Shown here one piece after another: positions 31,098-41,300 of a DNA stretch of 64,000 nucleotides (its first letter is position 1; every line of letters begins with the position of its first letter). The DNA lies in the NCBI GenBank assembly GCA_905478415.1, contig CAJQIG010000004.1:139523-203522 (forward strand), in the 5' to 3' direction. The position numbers were made by a program, and so were the translations under genes. Under the pieces are notes generated by a model, which was given only the letters and a program-made list of their open reading frames with translations, was not told the DNA's origin and made no database searches. This DNA is from an uncultured Patescibacteria group bacterium (GTDB lineage Bacteria > Patescibacteriota > Microgenomatia > UBA1400 > PJMF01).

Positions 31098-31511
31098 CTA
31101 CTTAAATTTTGATCGACACTTCGTCTCACAAGCAAATGCTTCTCGCGGATCTGAAATCTTGTTACACTCTTCTGCACAACTGACACAACCTGTGTACTCT
31201 GGTGAAGCTGCAACTAAACAGTTACCGTCTTTGACTTCACAGCTACCAAATCCTCGACAAAAATCACCCAATTGATACTCTTCTGTACACATCTCAACTG
31301 GATCTCCACAAGTAATCTCGGCACCGTGGCAGTTGCTAATACCACACCCATTTTCGCCAATTGGAGAACCCGGCTTTACAATCTCTTTCTTATCAAATTC
31401 AATTGAGTAGTTACCACTCGGGTCAACTAAGACTTTACAAGCTGATAGCAATCCAGAACTAAGCAGTAAAAAACTAAGAAGGAGAAAAAGACGTGTTTTC
31501 ATAACTTCCAT
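31098..31511 (-). CDS. Cys-rich lipoprotein
   Basis: Lipobox LSAC; about 13 further Cys. Confidence 0.65.
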   Translation of the reverse strand: MEVMKTRLFLLLSFLLLSSGLLSACKVLVDPSGNYSIEFDKKEIVKPGSPIGENGCGISNCHGAEITCGDPVEMCTEEYQLGDFCRGFGSCEVKDGNCLVAASPEYTGCVSCAEECNKISDPREAFACETKCRSKFK

Positions 31512-31556
31512 TGTACCAGCTCTAAAAAAAGACGTCGAAACAAAGTTGTATAAACA

Positions 31557-33260
31557 CTATCCAAAAGTAAAGGCAAATATCTGAATGTTTGGATCTAGAA
31601 ATTCTAGCTGAATCCGACCTTCTCCCGGCTGTTCTAACTCAATAACTTGATAGAGTTTATCCTGAGAAACCGAGATCACTCCCAACTCTTTTCCATTAGA
31701 ACTAACTATCACACTACCTTCAGAATCATCTGCCGTCCTCATCACCAAAAAAACTTTTTTAGCGTTAAAGGACAAGTTGAGCTGAGATCCTTCTGAAGCC
31801 TGAGAGTACTCAGGTGTGACCAGCCACTCACCTTCAAGAGAGAACGTATTTTGAGGTAAAGCCTGGGGAGCAGCATATACTATAGCTTGATCTTTTTGTA
31901 CCTTCTGTGAGAAAACAAGAGCCTGCATCCGCTCATACCCCAGATATAATTCTGGTGTTCTACCATAGACTTGATATGTTTCATTTTCAACTTGAACTGT
32001 CTCCTCAACCATACTGCCAGCCTCTTTCAAGAGCTCCTGAATCTTCGACTCAGTCTCATCGTATCCCTGTTCTCCAAAGTGGAAATACCGGATATGACCT
32101 TCTGCATCAATAAGATATTTAGCTGGCCAATAACGATTATTAAATGCTTTCCAGGTAGCAAAATTATTATCTTGCATAATTGGATACTCTAAACCAAAGT
32201 CTTTCGCTGCAGTTTGTACATTTTTAAGCTCTTTTTCAAACTCGAACTCTGGAGTATGGACACCAATAATTACTAAGCCTTGATCAGCGTATGTCTCATG
32301 CCACTTTGCCAAGTAGGGCAACGTGCGAATACAGTTAATACAAGAGTATGTCCAGAAGTCAATTAAAACTACTTTTCCACGTAACTCAGCCAGTGTCATT
32401 GGCTCAGAGTTAATCCACTCGCCTCCAGCAATAAGCTCGGGGGCTTCACCATAATCATCTCCTCCAACGGGACTTGGCTTCCCCAGTAAACCCTTTGATG
32501 AGGCATCACTTCCCTGTCGAAAATCTTCTAGTTGCTCTTTCACAAACGCATTCTCTTCAAATTTGGTAAGTCCGGTGCCATATTTTGGAAATGCTTCCAA
32601 AACAATGCTCTGAAACTGTCTATCTAAATTAAAAAATATAGCTACAGCTGTTGCCATCATCAAGACTCCAAATCCTCTTTGAATCTGGCTTGTCCTCTGC
32701 AAAAGCCATGTATTCTTTCGAAGTAGTTCTTGCCCACCAATCATTATTGCAAGCATTGGTAATGATGTTCCTAGGGCATAGGCTAAGGTAATCAGAGCCG
32801 CAGAGCCTGTCACCGTTCCTGTAAGAGCTAACGAGAGAACAGATGCCAAAATGGGACCAACACACGGCGTCCATAACAAACCTAACGAAGCACCAATCAG
32901 TACTCCTCCTCCAAATGTTGTGCTCTGTGAACGGTTAGGAACTTTCCCCGATAAAACAGTAAAACCTTTTTCTAACCATACTTGTACAAATGGCAATAAT
33001 AAACTCAAACCAAATACGAATAAAACAACAACTGAAAAAATTCTCAGTGTATCAGCAGAAACTCCAAAAGCCTGCACTAACGAAGTCAAAAACAACGTAA
33101 AGAAAGTGAAACTAGCAACAAAACCAGTCACAATTCCCAATGGCTTCTTCTTACCTCCGCCAGCAGCTCCCGATAAAATAATCGGGAGCACTGGTAAAAT
33201 ACAAGGTGAGAGAATAGTGACAATACCTGCTATAAAAGCAAAGGCAATCAATATAATCAT
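31557..33260 (-). CDS. dipZ: Cytochrome c biogenesis protein DipZ (CcdA + TlpA thioredoxin)
   Basis: LSPCILPVLP, WTPCVGPIL, DFWTYSCINC, GVHTPEF. Confidence 0.92.
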   Translation of the reverse strand: MIILIAFAFIAGIVTILSPCILPVLPIILSGAAGGGKKKPLGIVTGFVASFTFFTLFLTSLVQAFGVSADTLRIFSVVVLFVFGLSLLLPFVQVWLEKGFTVLSGKVPNRSQSTTFGGGVLIGASLGLLWTPCVGPILASVLSLALTGTVTGSAALITLAYALGTSLPMLAIMIGGQELLRKNTWLLQRTSQIQRGFGVLMMATAVAIFFNLDRQFQSIVLEAFPKYGTGLTKFEENAFVKEQLEDFRQGSDASSKGLLGKPSPVGGDDYGEAPELIAGGEWINSEPMTLAELRGKVVLIDFWTYSCINCIRTLPYLAKWHETYADQGLVIIGVHTPEFEFEKELKNVQTAAKDFGLEYPIMQDNNFATWKAFNNRYWPAKYLIDAEGHIRYFHFGEQGYDETESKIQELLKEAGSMVEETVQVENETYQVYGRTPELYLGYERMQALVFSQKVQKDQAIVYAAPQALPQNTFSLEGEWLVTPEYSQASEGSQLNLSFNAKKVFLVMRTADDSEGSVIVSSNGKELGVISVSQDKLYQVIELEQPGEGRIQLEFLDPNIQIFAFTFG

Positions 33261-33261
33261 C

Positions 33262-33843
33262 TTACTGGACCTTTCCAAGTAGCATAGCGAAATCTCCACC
33301 GTTCCATTTTGTTATGGCTTCACCTTCAGCATCAACTAGCACAAAAGTGTGTTGGTACGTAACTCCATACTTTTGTTTTAATGCTTTTTGTGTATCATAG
33401 TCTGTTTTAAAAATAACTACATCCGATGGAATTTTGTCAGCCATCTTTAGAATCTCTGCATTGGCGGCTTTACAATCTGGGCACCAGGTTGCATGAAAAA
33501 AGAGTACTCGTTTTTTATCACTGGCAGCTTCAAAAGCAGCTTCAGAGTAATCTGTATACACACCTGCATCAGCCATCATGACATCTGCTTCCATCATACT
33601 GTCACTCGTACCTTCAGATGTCTTAGCATCGTCAGCTACCATGGCATCTTCCTTGTTTGGCTCTACCATTACATCGACGGCCATTGCATCAATAGTGTCC
33701 GAATCAGCCTGAGTTTCATCGGCCATCATGGCAGAATCAGTTTTATTTGCAGTAGTGTTCATGAGTGCTACTCCACCCAGACCGAGAATTGCAACTACCA
33801 CTACTACCATCAGAAGGATGTTTCCTGAGCTCGAATTTTTCAT
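33262..33843 (-). CDS. Membrane-anchored thioredoxin-family protein
   Basis: FFHATWCPDC; KYGVTYQHTFV. Confidence 0.88.
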   Translation of the reverse strand: MKNSSSGNILLMVVVVVAILGLGGVALMNTTANKTDSAMMADETQADSDTIDAMAVDVMVEPNKEDAMVADDAKTSEGTSDSMMEADVMMADAGVYTDYSEAAFEAASDKKRVLFFHATWCPDCKAANAEILKMADKIPSDVVIFKTDYDTQKALKQKYGVTYQHTFVLVDAEGEAITKWNGGDFAMLLGKVQ

Positions 33844-33935
33844 ATGTTCCTTACCTATTAATTTTTACTGTATGTAAAGTACACTATACATACAATTTGA
33901 AAAAAATGTCAAGTAGATTTTACAAATCAGAAAAC

Positions 33936-34316
33936 TTAAGAAACAATTTGAAAATAAAGTCGAGAAAAAGTTTTTGATAGAATCATGCTCACTAAAGCAA
34001 TAATTATCCAATAATCAAGTTCATGCTGAAAAAGTTGAACAACAGCTGCAACGATCAATACTGCTGCTCCCATCAAATAGCCAAAACGACCAGCTAGTAG
34101 TCGGTGATGCGCTTCCCGCTCATCTTGAGCATGTTCTTTCCAGATAGTACTCGCATACGCTAAAAAAAGAACAGTTAAAAAAACAATGGCAAAAACGGAA
34201 ACATTCATAGGCATGGTTAATGCCGAGAACTTCAAGAAACTGAGCAGAATGAGAACTAATATGACACTCATCCCAACTTCACCGAGCATCCCAGAAAAAA
34301 AGTTGACTTTCTTCAT
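33936..34316 (-). CDS. Membrane protein (DUF2178-like)
   Basis: 4 TM segments with DERE motif; coupled to the XRE gene. Confidence 0.6.
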   Translation of the reverse strand: MKKVNFFSGMLGEVGMSVILVLILLSFLKFSALTMPMNVSVFAIVFLTVLFLAYASTIWKEHAQDEREAHHRLLAGRFGYLMGAAVLIVAAVVQLFQHELDYWIIIALVSMILSKTFSRLYFQIVS

Positions 34317-34537
34317 ACTTCAGTTCCCTTCATTTTTTTCATAAAAAATAATTCATCTACCGATTTTTTAAAATACGCAGATAAACTTAAAGCCAATAAA
34401 AGCGAGGGAATATAATTACCCTTTTCGAGAGCAATAATGGTCTGACGAGTTACTCCCACAGCTTCACCCAACTCTTCTTGTGTGATCCCCTTTTTTTGGC
34501 GAACAGATCGAATGGTATTAGAGATAGTGGCTGTCAT
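34313..34537 (-). CDS. XRE-family HTH regulator
   Basis: TQEELGEAVGVTRQTIIALEKGNYIPSL. Confidence 0.92.
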   Translation of the reverse strand: MTATISNTIRSVRQKKGITQEELGEAVGVTRQTIIALEKGNYIPSLLLALSLSAYFKKSVDELFFMKKMKGTEV

Positions 34538-34590
34538 TGATCAGCATTATACCGCATCTTTGGATAGATCAGAGAATGCATAAAAAAATA

Positions 34591-37155
34591 TTATTCGTAT
34601 CTCAAGGCATTGAGTGCAGAAATTTTAGTAGCTCTATGAGCTGGATACAATCCCGTTCCAACACCAACCAAGAATGAAAGTGACAAAATACCAAGTGCTA
34701 AAAACAATGGTACTGAGACTAAATTGATATACCCCAATCCTTTAAAGACTGAAATCGACGAAAGAGCAAAGCTCAAAGCATACCCTGCTCCAACTCCCAG
34801 CAGCAAACCAAAAATACCTCCAGATAATCCCATGATAATTGACTCAGCTAAGAATAAACGCTTCACTTCACTTGATCTCATCCCAATTGCCTTCATCAAC
34901 CCAACTTCTCGGGTTTTTTCCAGTAATGAAACGGTTAAGGTGTTAAACATACCCAGAGCCGCCACACTTAAAGCAACTAAACCCAGCACAGAAAGAAGCA
35001 ATCTTATCGTTCCAAATAAACTATTAATTTGATCAACTGTATCAACTACCGAAGAGGTTCTATATCCAAGCACCTCAATTTCCTCACGAACACCCTTGAG
35101 ATCATTTTGGTCCTTAACAACCACCTTAACCTGGGAATAATTTTCTATCCCGAGGTTTTTAATATCACTAAATGGTAAGTAAAAGGCTGGAGTTTTGTCT
35201 TCAGGAATAACACCAATAATAGTCATTTTTGTAAGTTCAGAAACTGCTTGGTAACCTTCTGATTTAAAGAATTCGCTATCCAGTAAGAGTGATGTCTCGA
35301 ACTCTTTTCCAACCGCATCATTTTCAGTAATACCGAGCACATTCAACATGGCTCTGTTAATCAGAACTTCTTTTCGAGAGTTCTCAGCAAATGGAATTTC
35401 TTCAACCTGATCAATCTTTGCAGCAGCTGAATCTGAAGAAATACTGACCCAATCTAATGTTCCATCTTCTAACTGTGTTGCAGAGGCCATAGTCCCATCT
35501 GCTAAAAGGATCTCTGTGGGTTCACTTTCGTCACTCGCTTCTGGTGAAGATACATCAGTACTTAGAAGCAAAGCAGAGCCAGAAGCAACCTCAGCACTTG
35601 CTGTAGCTTCGCCCAATACTTGCCCCATCTGCTTTGGGACTCCTAGATCTTCGATAATTACCTTGTTTGCGGGGATATATGCATAGGCTTCAACTTGCTT
35701 CTCGAACGAGTCAACCTCTTTAAGAAAAAGCTCTTCACAGTCCTCACAGTCGAGTTGTCTCCAAAGTGGAAGTTTTGATCTAATCCAGTACCCAAGCTCT
35801 TTTCCATTTTCATTTTCTCCGGCTGATCCCCACGCTTCATCTGAGTACCCTTCACCAAAAATCAATTCTCCCGAATAGAGGCTATCGTCAGTTTCTTGAC
35901 CCGAAAAAAGACTCGTACGTTGGGCTGCATTTTCAGGTTCAGAATATACTGGGACTTTTGCGTCGGGCGAAAATGAAAATTGTATTTTTTCGACAACTTC
36001 ACCTTCAGCTAACGTTGGAGTGGAGTCAGCAAACACCTGATATCTCGATAGTGAGATATCGTCTTCAGTAATATATCCACTTAAAATTCGCTGCAGTCCA
36101 CCATCTTTCTCTAGAATATACTCTTTATCAGTACAGTCGTATGAAGTTGCTGCACAAGCTTCTTTTCTCCAGAGAGGAAAATCATCTTTAATCCAAGGCG
36201 AATATTCGTTTCCAAAGAAATCAACACCTTCTAAAAGATCTGCCGATGAAGCATAACTATTTCCCCATACTTCGATAGCTGTCTGATCACCAACATCTCT
36301 TCTGGTATATCCAATAATCTCAGATTGCAAACTTGGCTCTGAGTACACAGCTTTCCAAATTAATGGATAGAGAGAGTACTCAACTTCCGAGTACTGCTTG
36401 TTCATCTTAGCACCGCTAATACGCTCTGTTTGAACACCAGCAACCACTCCTTCACTTTCAGCCCTTGGTATAACTGAAAGTATTTCTCCGTCTTCAAATA
36501 TTTTTCCTCTTGAAGGCTGCATCGCTGACTCTTCCAAGAACTCTCGTGTAACTCCATATGCTACCGCATCTGAAACAGAGTTATTGTAGGTCACTTTTGA
36601 AACGACCGAAACAAATGGTAACACAGACTTTACCCCCTTCATTTCACCAAAACGAGCAATAGCTTCATCATCCAGCACCAGTGAGTTGGCTTGCCCAGTT
36701 GTAACATCTGCCTGCTTCATCTCTCCCAAACGGGCAACTCGAGATACAACAAGTTTTTGGACTCCATACCCCATCGAAAGTAAAAAGATAACTGCACCAA
36801 AACCAATCGCCATACCACCAATGGTGATGGCAGTCCTATTTTTCTTAGCTTTTAGGTGACGTACGGCCAACGAAACCAGGTCGAGTGATGAAATCTCTCC
36901 TTGGACATTAGTGTTGAATACAGAAATCACTCTTCGGTACACTTTGTATAGACTCTGCTTCATCGGCTTAAGTAGAATGCCTATGAAAGGAATTTTAGCG
37001 ACTATCCGTCCAATAGTTTTAATAGAATCATAGGTTAAATAGACAATCACCAACAAAAAAAACTTGGAGAAAAAGAGTAGCTCTTTCGTGAGGCTGATAT
37101 AATCATATCCCTTCAAAAAAACCATGGCAGCTCTTATTTTGTTTAGCAGTTTCAT
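34591..37155 (-). CDS. MacB/FtsX-type ABC permease with large extracytoplasmic insertion
   Basis: RTAITIGGMAIG; GMFNTLTVSLLEKTREVGLMKAIG; YPAHRATKISALNALRYE. Confidence 0.9.
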   Translation of the reverse strand: MKLLNKIRAAMVFLKGYDYISLTKELLFFSKFFLLVIVYLTYDSIKTIGRIVAKIPFIGILLKPMKQSLYKVYRRVISVFNTNVQGEISSLDLVSLAVRHLKAKKNRTAITIGGMAIGFGAVIFLLSMGYGVQKLVVSRVARLGEMKQADVTTGQANSLVLDDEAIARFGEMKGVKSVLPFVSVVSKVTYNNSVSDAVAYGVTREFLEESAMQPSRGKIFEDGEILSVIPRAESEGVVAGVQTERISGAKMNKQYSEVEYSLYPLIWKAVYSEPSLQSEIIGYTRRDVGDQTAIEVWGNSYASSADLLEGVDFFGNEYSPWIKDDFPLWRKEACAATSYDCTDKEYILEKDGGLQRILSGYITEDDISLSRYQVFADSTPTLAEGEVVEKIQFSFSPDAKVPVYSEPENAAQRTSLFSGQETDDSLYSGELIFGEGYSDEAWGSAGENENGKELGYWIRSKLPLWRQLDCEDCEELFLKEVDSFEKQVEAYAYIPANKVIIEDLGVPKQMGQVLGEATASAEVASGSALLLSTDVSSPEASDESEPTEILLADGTMASATQLEDGTLDWVSISSDSAAAKIDQVEEIPFAENSRKEVLINRAMLNVLGITENDAVGKEFETSLLLDSEFFKSEGYQAVSELTKMTIIGVIPEDKTPAFYLPFSDIKNLGIENYSQVKVVVKDQNDLKGVREEIEVLGYRTSSVVDTVDQINSLFGTIRLLLSVLGLVALSVAALGMFNTLTVSLLEKTREVGLMKAIGMRSSEVKRLFLAESIIMGLSGGIFGLLLGVGAGYALSFALSSISVFKGLGYINLVSVPLFLALGILSLSFLVGVGTGLYPAHRATKISALNALRYE

Positions 37156-37907
37156 ACTTTAAGTTTATCCGATATATTTCCACGTTTAGAGACACTCATC
37201 TTCTTAAGACGAGGATCATCTTTCTTGTACTCTCCGACTACCAAGCCGTCAGACATATTAATTGACCGAGTTGCATACTTTAAATACTCAAGGTCATGGG
37301 TAACCATCACAACTGTTTTACCCTGATCATTAAACTCTTTAAAGAGACTCATAATATCTTCCCCAGCTTTTGAATCAAGGTTTCCAGTTGGCTCATCAGC
37401 CACAATCAAAGCTGGTTCCGTAATCAGAGCCCGAGCTAAAGAAATTCGCTGTTGTTGACCAGAAGAAAGCTCTGTTGGTGCCTGATAAGCTCCTTGCTCC
37501 ATACCAACAAGCTTTAAAATGTTTATAGCTTTCTTTTCTCGCTCTTCAAGCGACTCTCCTCTAAGTGTTAGTGGAAAATACACATTTTCAAGCACATTCA
37601 GTGACTTAACCCAGTTTGACTGCTGGTAAACCATGCCAACTTCTTTCTTTCTAATCTGGGCACGATCATCTTCACCACCAGAGGCATATAAATCCTTTCC
37701 TAAGAACTTGACTGCTCCTTTCGATGGTGGCTCGAGCCCAAGTGACATATTTAAGACCGTACTTTTTCCACATCCTGAAGGGCCAAAAAGCACTACAAAG
37801 TCACCTTTCTGTACTTGAAAGCTGACTCCTTTAATAATCTCTACTGTCTCTGCACCAAGTACAAAGGACTTAAAGACATCGGTAAGTTCGAGTATTGTTT
37901 CTGCCAT
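37152..37907 (-). CDS. ABC transporter ATP-binding protein (LolD/MacB-like)
   Basis: GPSGCGKS, LSSGQQQR, ADEPTGNLD, VTHD. Confidence 0.95.
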   Translation of the reverse strand: MAETILELTDVFKSFVLGAETVEIIKGVSFQVQKGDFVVLFGPSGCGKSTVLNMSLGLEPPSKGAVKFLGKDLYASGGEDDRAQIRKKEVGMVYQQSNWVKSLNVLENVYFPLTLRGESLEEREKKAINILKLVGMEQGAYQAPTELSSGQQQRISLARALITEPALIVADEPTGNLDSKAGEDIMSLFKEFNDQGKTVVMVTHDLEYLKYATRSINMSDGLVVGEYKKDDPRLKKMSVSKRGNISDKLKV

Positions 37908-37908
37908 A

Positions 37909-38325
37909 TTATTCTAGATACGTAGTAGCATCAAAAACTATCCGTTGCACTTGTGTAAACAAGAACGGGCTCTCTGATTCATTATGAAGAGATATATACC
38001 CACCTTCAAGGGGAATGTTCTCTACTACTACTGCATGAACTGTACCGGGTTCACTGCTTGTTTGGTATATCTCTTGGTCTAGAGTATTTTCTTCTTCTCC
38101 ATACTTTATAAACCCAATTGTTTTCTGCTCTGTTGTCCAAAACACAATTGCTTGGTGCGGATCAAGGAAAGTAACTTCGAAAGTAGCGTTACGATCTTTT
38201 TCTTGATAGTTATACAAAAAAATAGAAGCTACGAGTCCGACAACAAAGGTACTAACGACAAAAAGAATCCATCCTATTTTGTTTGGCTTCTTCGATTTTT
38301 TGAAGTAATCAAATACTCGTTTCAT
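37909..38325 (-). CDS. Membrane-anchored FN3-like protein
   Basis: TM helix, then IVFWTT...IKYG...HAVVVENI. Confidence 0.55.
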   Translation of the reverse strand: MKRVFDYFKKSKKPNKIGWILFVVSTFVVGLVASIFLYNYQEKDRNATFEVTFLDPHQAIVFWTTEQKTIGFIKYGEEENTLDQEIYQTSSEPGTVHAVVVENIPLEGGYISLHNESESPFLFTQVQRIVFDATTYLE

Positions 38326-38329
38326 ACGC

Positions 38330-41300
38330 TTAGTTTCCTCTTCCTAAAAATCCAAAGGCTGCACTTAGATTTGTAACAACTAGGTCGAGAGCATTTTCTG
38401 TAGCCTTTGGTGTAATCACCACTTTATCTAGGGAAAGAGCCTCATTCCCAAAGCTATCTTTAGAAATTGCTCTTAAGTGATATACCTTGGCGGGAGAAAG
38501 TTCAGAAATAACCACCAAGTGATGACTGGTGAAACTGCCATCTTCCTGTGTTTTCTGTGAATACGAAGTTCCACTGCCTTCACCAAACTCAATCTGGGCA
38601 GTGGCAGCTTCGTCGGTCTTGTATGAAACAACTAATTGCGCGGTGGCTTCTTCACCTGTGCCTAAAATTTCTGTATCAACTTTTAAGTCACTTATCTGTG
38701 GCGGGCGAGTATCAGCAGAAGTAGAAACTTGTTGCACTTCGCCAGCAGCTTCATTTCCTGCGGCATCTTTTCCTTTGACCACAAGTGCATAGGTTGTTTG
38801 TGGCTCAAGATCATATAAAACCATTTGGTGTTTACCACTCTTGAGAGCAATGTTAACTTCGTCTTTGGCAGCACCTGGAGCCACAACTGGATAGTAGGTG
38901 ATAACTGAACTCACTTGTGTATTTGAGTTCCAAGTTACCAATAGCGTTGAACGAGCAGTTCCTTTAACCTGGTTTACCTTGATATTAGAGAGTCGCGGTC
39001 GAGGTAAAGTCGTAAAGGAATGAATTTCTCCCTCATACTCTTCGCCTTCTGAATCAAAAGCGTTAATTTTATAGTAATATTTTGTACCATCAGTGAGTTC
39101 TTTGAGTTGTACAGTGTAGGTCCCTTCACCTGTACCAGTCACCACATCCTCAATCCCACCAAAGGCTGATGACTCCCCATAGTAAATTCGCACTCTACTG
39201 GCATTCTTGGAAGTAAATTGTACCAAGGCAGTATCGAGACCAACTGCCTTAATTACTGGTTCTTCTGTCGAAGGTGGTGGTTGGGTCTCGAAGGTCATTT
39301 CATCTGAAGAACCAGTGTTACCATCTTCGTCAGTCCATTTAGCAATGTAGTAGTAGGTCGTCCCAGGACTCAAGTTAGACATCTTCAAAATATGTGATGT
39401 CACATGCTCGGAGTTAGAGACCTCTTCGTCAAAGTAATCTCCTGCCCCTAACCCATAGGCAATTTTTGAATCTGCCGTACGACCCGTTGACCAAGAAATG
39501 GTAGCTTTTCTAGTCGTAATATCTGTTTCTGTTGGAGCAGATGTCAACTCTGCCGGAGTCACAAATTTACCATCTGGGTAAAGAGTAACTATTTCAGAGA
39601 AAGCTCCACAGTTATTAGTACTGTCACAAGCCTTAACTTTATAATAATAAATCTGTTGCGTTAACCCCACGTCTACATAAGAGATACCACCACTTGTGGC
39701 AATTTCTGCAAACGAAGTTCCATCGATTGAACGATAAATAGAGTAACTGCTAATAGCTTCTGGGTTTGAAACATTTTCTGCTGGAACTTCCCAAGAAAGA
39801 GCTAACTTCCATGAGCTCGTACTCTTCACAGATACGTCAGCAATATCTATATTTAATGGAATTCCTGGAGCAGAAGTATTGGCACTAAAAGTAACTTGCT
39901 CATAGTTACTATAGTTGATGTTGCCCGCTTCATCTTTAGTCACAATATAGAAGACATTATCTCCAGGTAAAGTAGCGTACGCTCCTGCATTAAGATAGGT
40001 CAGGCTGGTTGAAGAAGTACTCTGAACTGTTGGTAGTGCGTTGATACTATAATAGTAGGATAAATTTGATTCAGACCCATAAAATGTCCCCGTTGCCGGT
40101 GGTGTCCACGAAAATGCAAATGAATTATCAGTGTTTGTTGCCGGTGCCACTTGCACATTCTGTGGCGGAGCCGGAGCATTGGCACTATCTACATAGTAGT
40201 ACTGTGTCGTTGCATAACTACTATAGTTACCACCAGCATCCTTAGTGCGAACAGAAAAAGTATTGGCACCAACCTTGTGTGATGGAATAGCTGTCACAGC
40301 CGTACTTGCCGTACACTGATCGACGGAGTAAGCACCAGCTGAAGCTCCAGTTTTGTAGCAGTACTCCGTAACTGGGGCCCCACTAGCAGTAGCCGTATCC
40401 CAAGAAAAATCAAAACTATCTATGGCGCTATATCCAGATGGATCTGAAGTCACACTTGTTGGAGCAGAAGCCGGCTCGGCATCATACTTATAGATAAATG
40501 GCTGCCAGGTTGTTGCTGAGAAATTACCAGCATCATCAACAGTCTTGATTCTTAAGTAGTACGTTGAGCCATTCACCAAACCACTGGCAGTGTAATCAGA
40601 AGTTGTTTGTAAAGTGCCATCAACTTCTGGATCAGCACTAACATTCGTCCCAAAATACACATAGTATCCTGCCACACCTGAGCCAGAAGTTGTATCCGAA
40701 GCACCATTTGTGGCTTCTGCTTCTGGCCAATCAAAGTATGGTGCTGCGTGTCCATACCAAGTTCCAGAAACAATTGCATCTCCTGGTGAGTTGTCACTAT
40801 AGACTGAAAGACCCGCATTTTCTGGGTTTGTTGGTGCAGATGTATCTTTATAATAGTTAATGGTGTAATCATTAACTATTGTTGAAAGGACCCCATCCGA
40901 CGAGGTTAACTCAAACTTGACTTCAATATATTGATTTGCAGGTGAGTTAATTTTATATGAGTAAGTTGTTCCGGTTTGCTTTTCGGCTGACACGGCTGTC
41001 CAAGATGACCAAGCGCTCGCATCTGCCGAGCTTCGCGTCGTAATCGTTATACCCGTGTTGCTTGCCTCAGCCATCACAACGTCTAAACTTGCCCATTTAT
41101 AAACACTTGTTAAATCATGAGTCTGAGAAGTATAGCTTCCAGATTCTTTAAAACCAGAAGTAGCTGTATCCATCACATAAGTATAGATGCCATCTCTGAT
41201 ACTATTTGTGCCTGATCCAGATAGCATATAAATTTTATTAGACCCATTACTTTCGCCCGCCCCCCCAGCGTAAATTCTAGCAGGTGCATTATCTAACTGA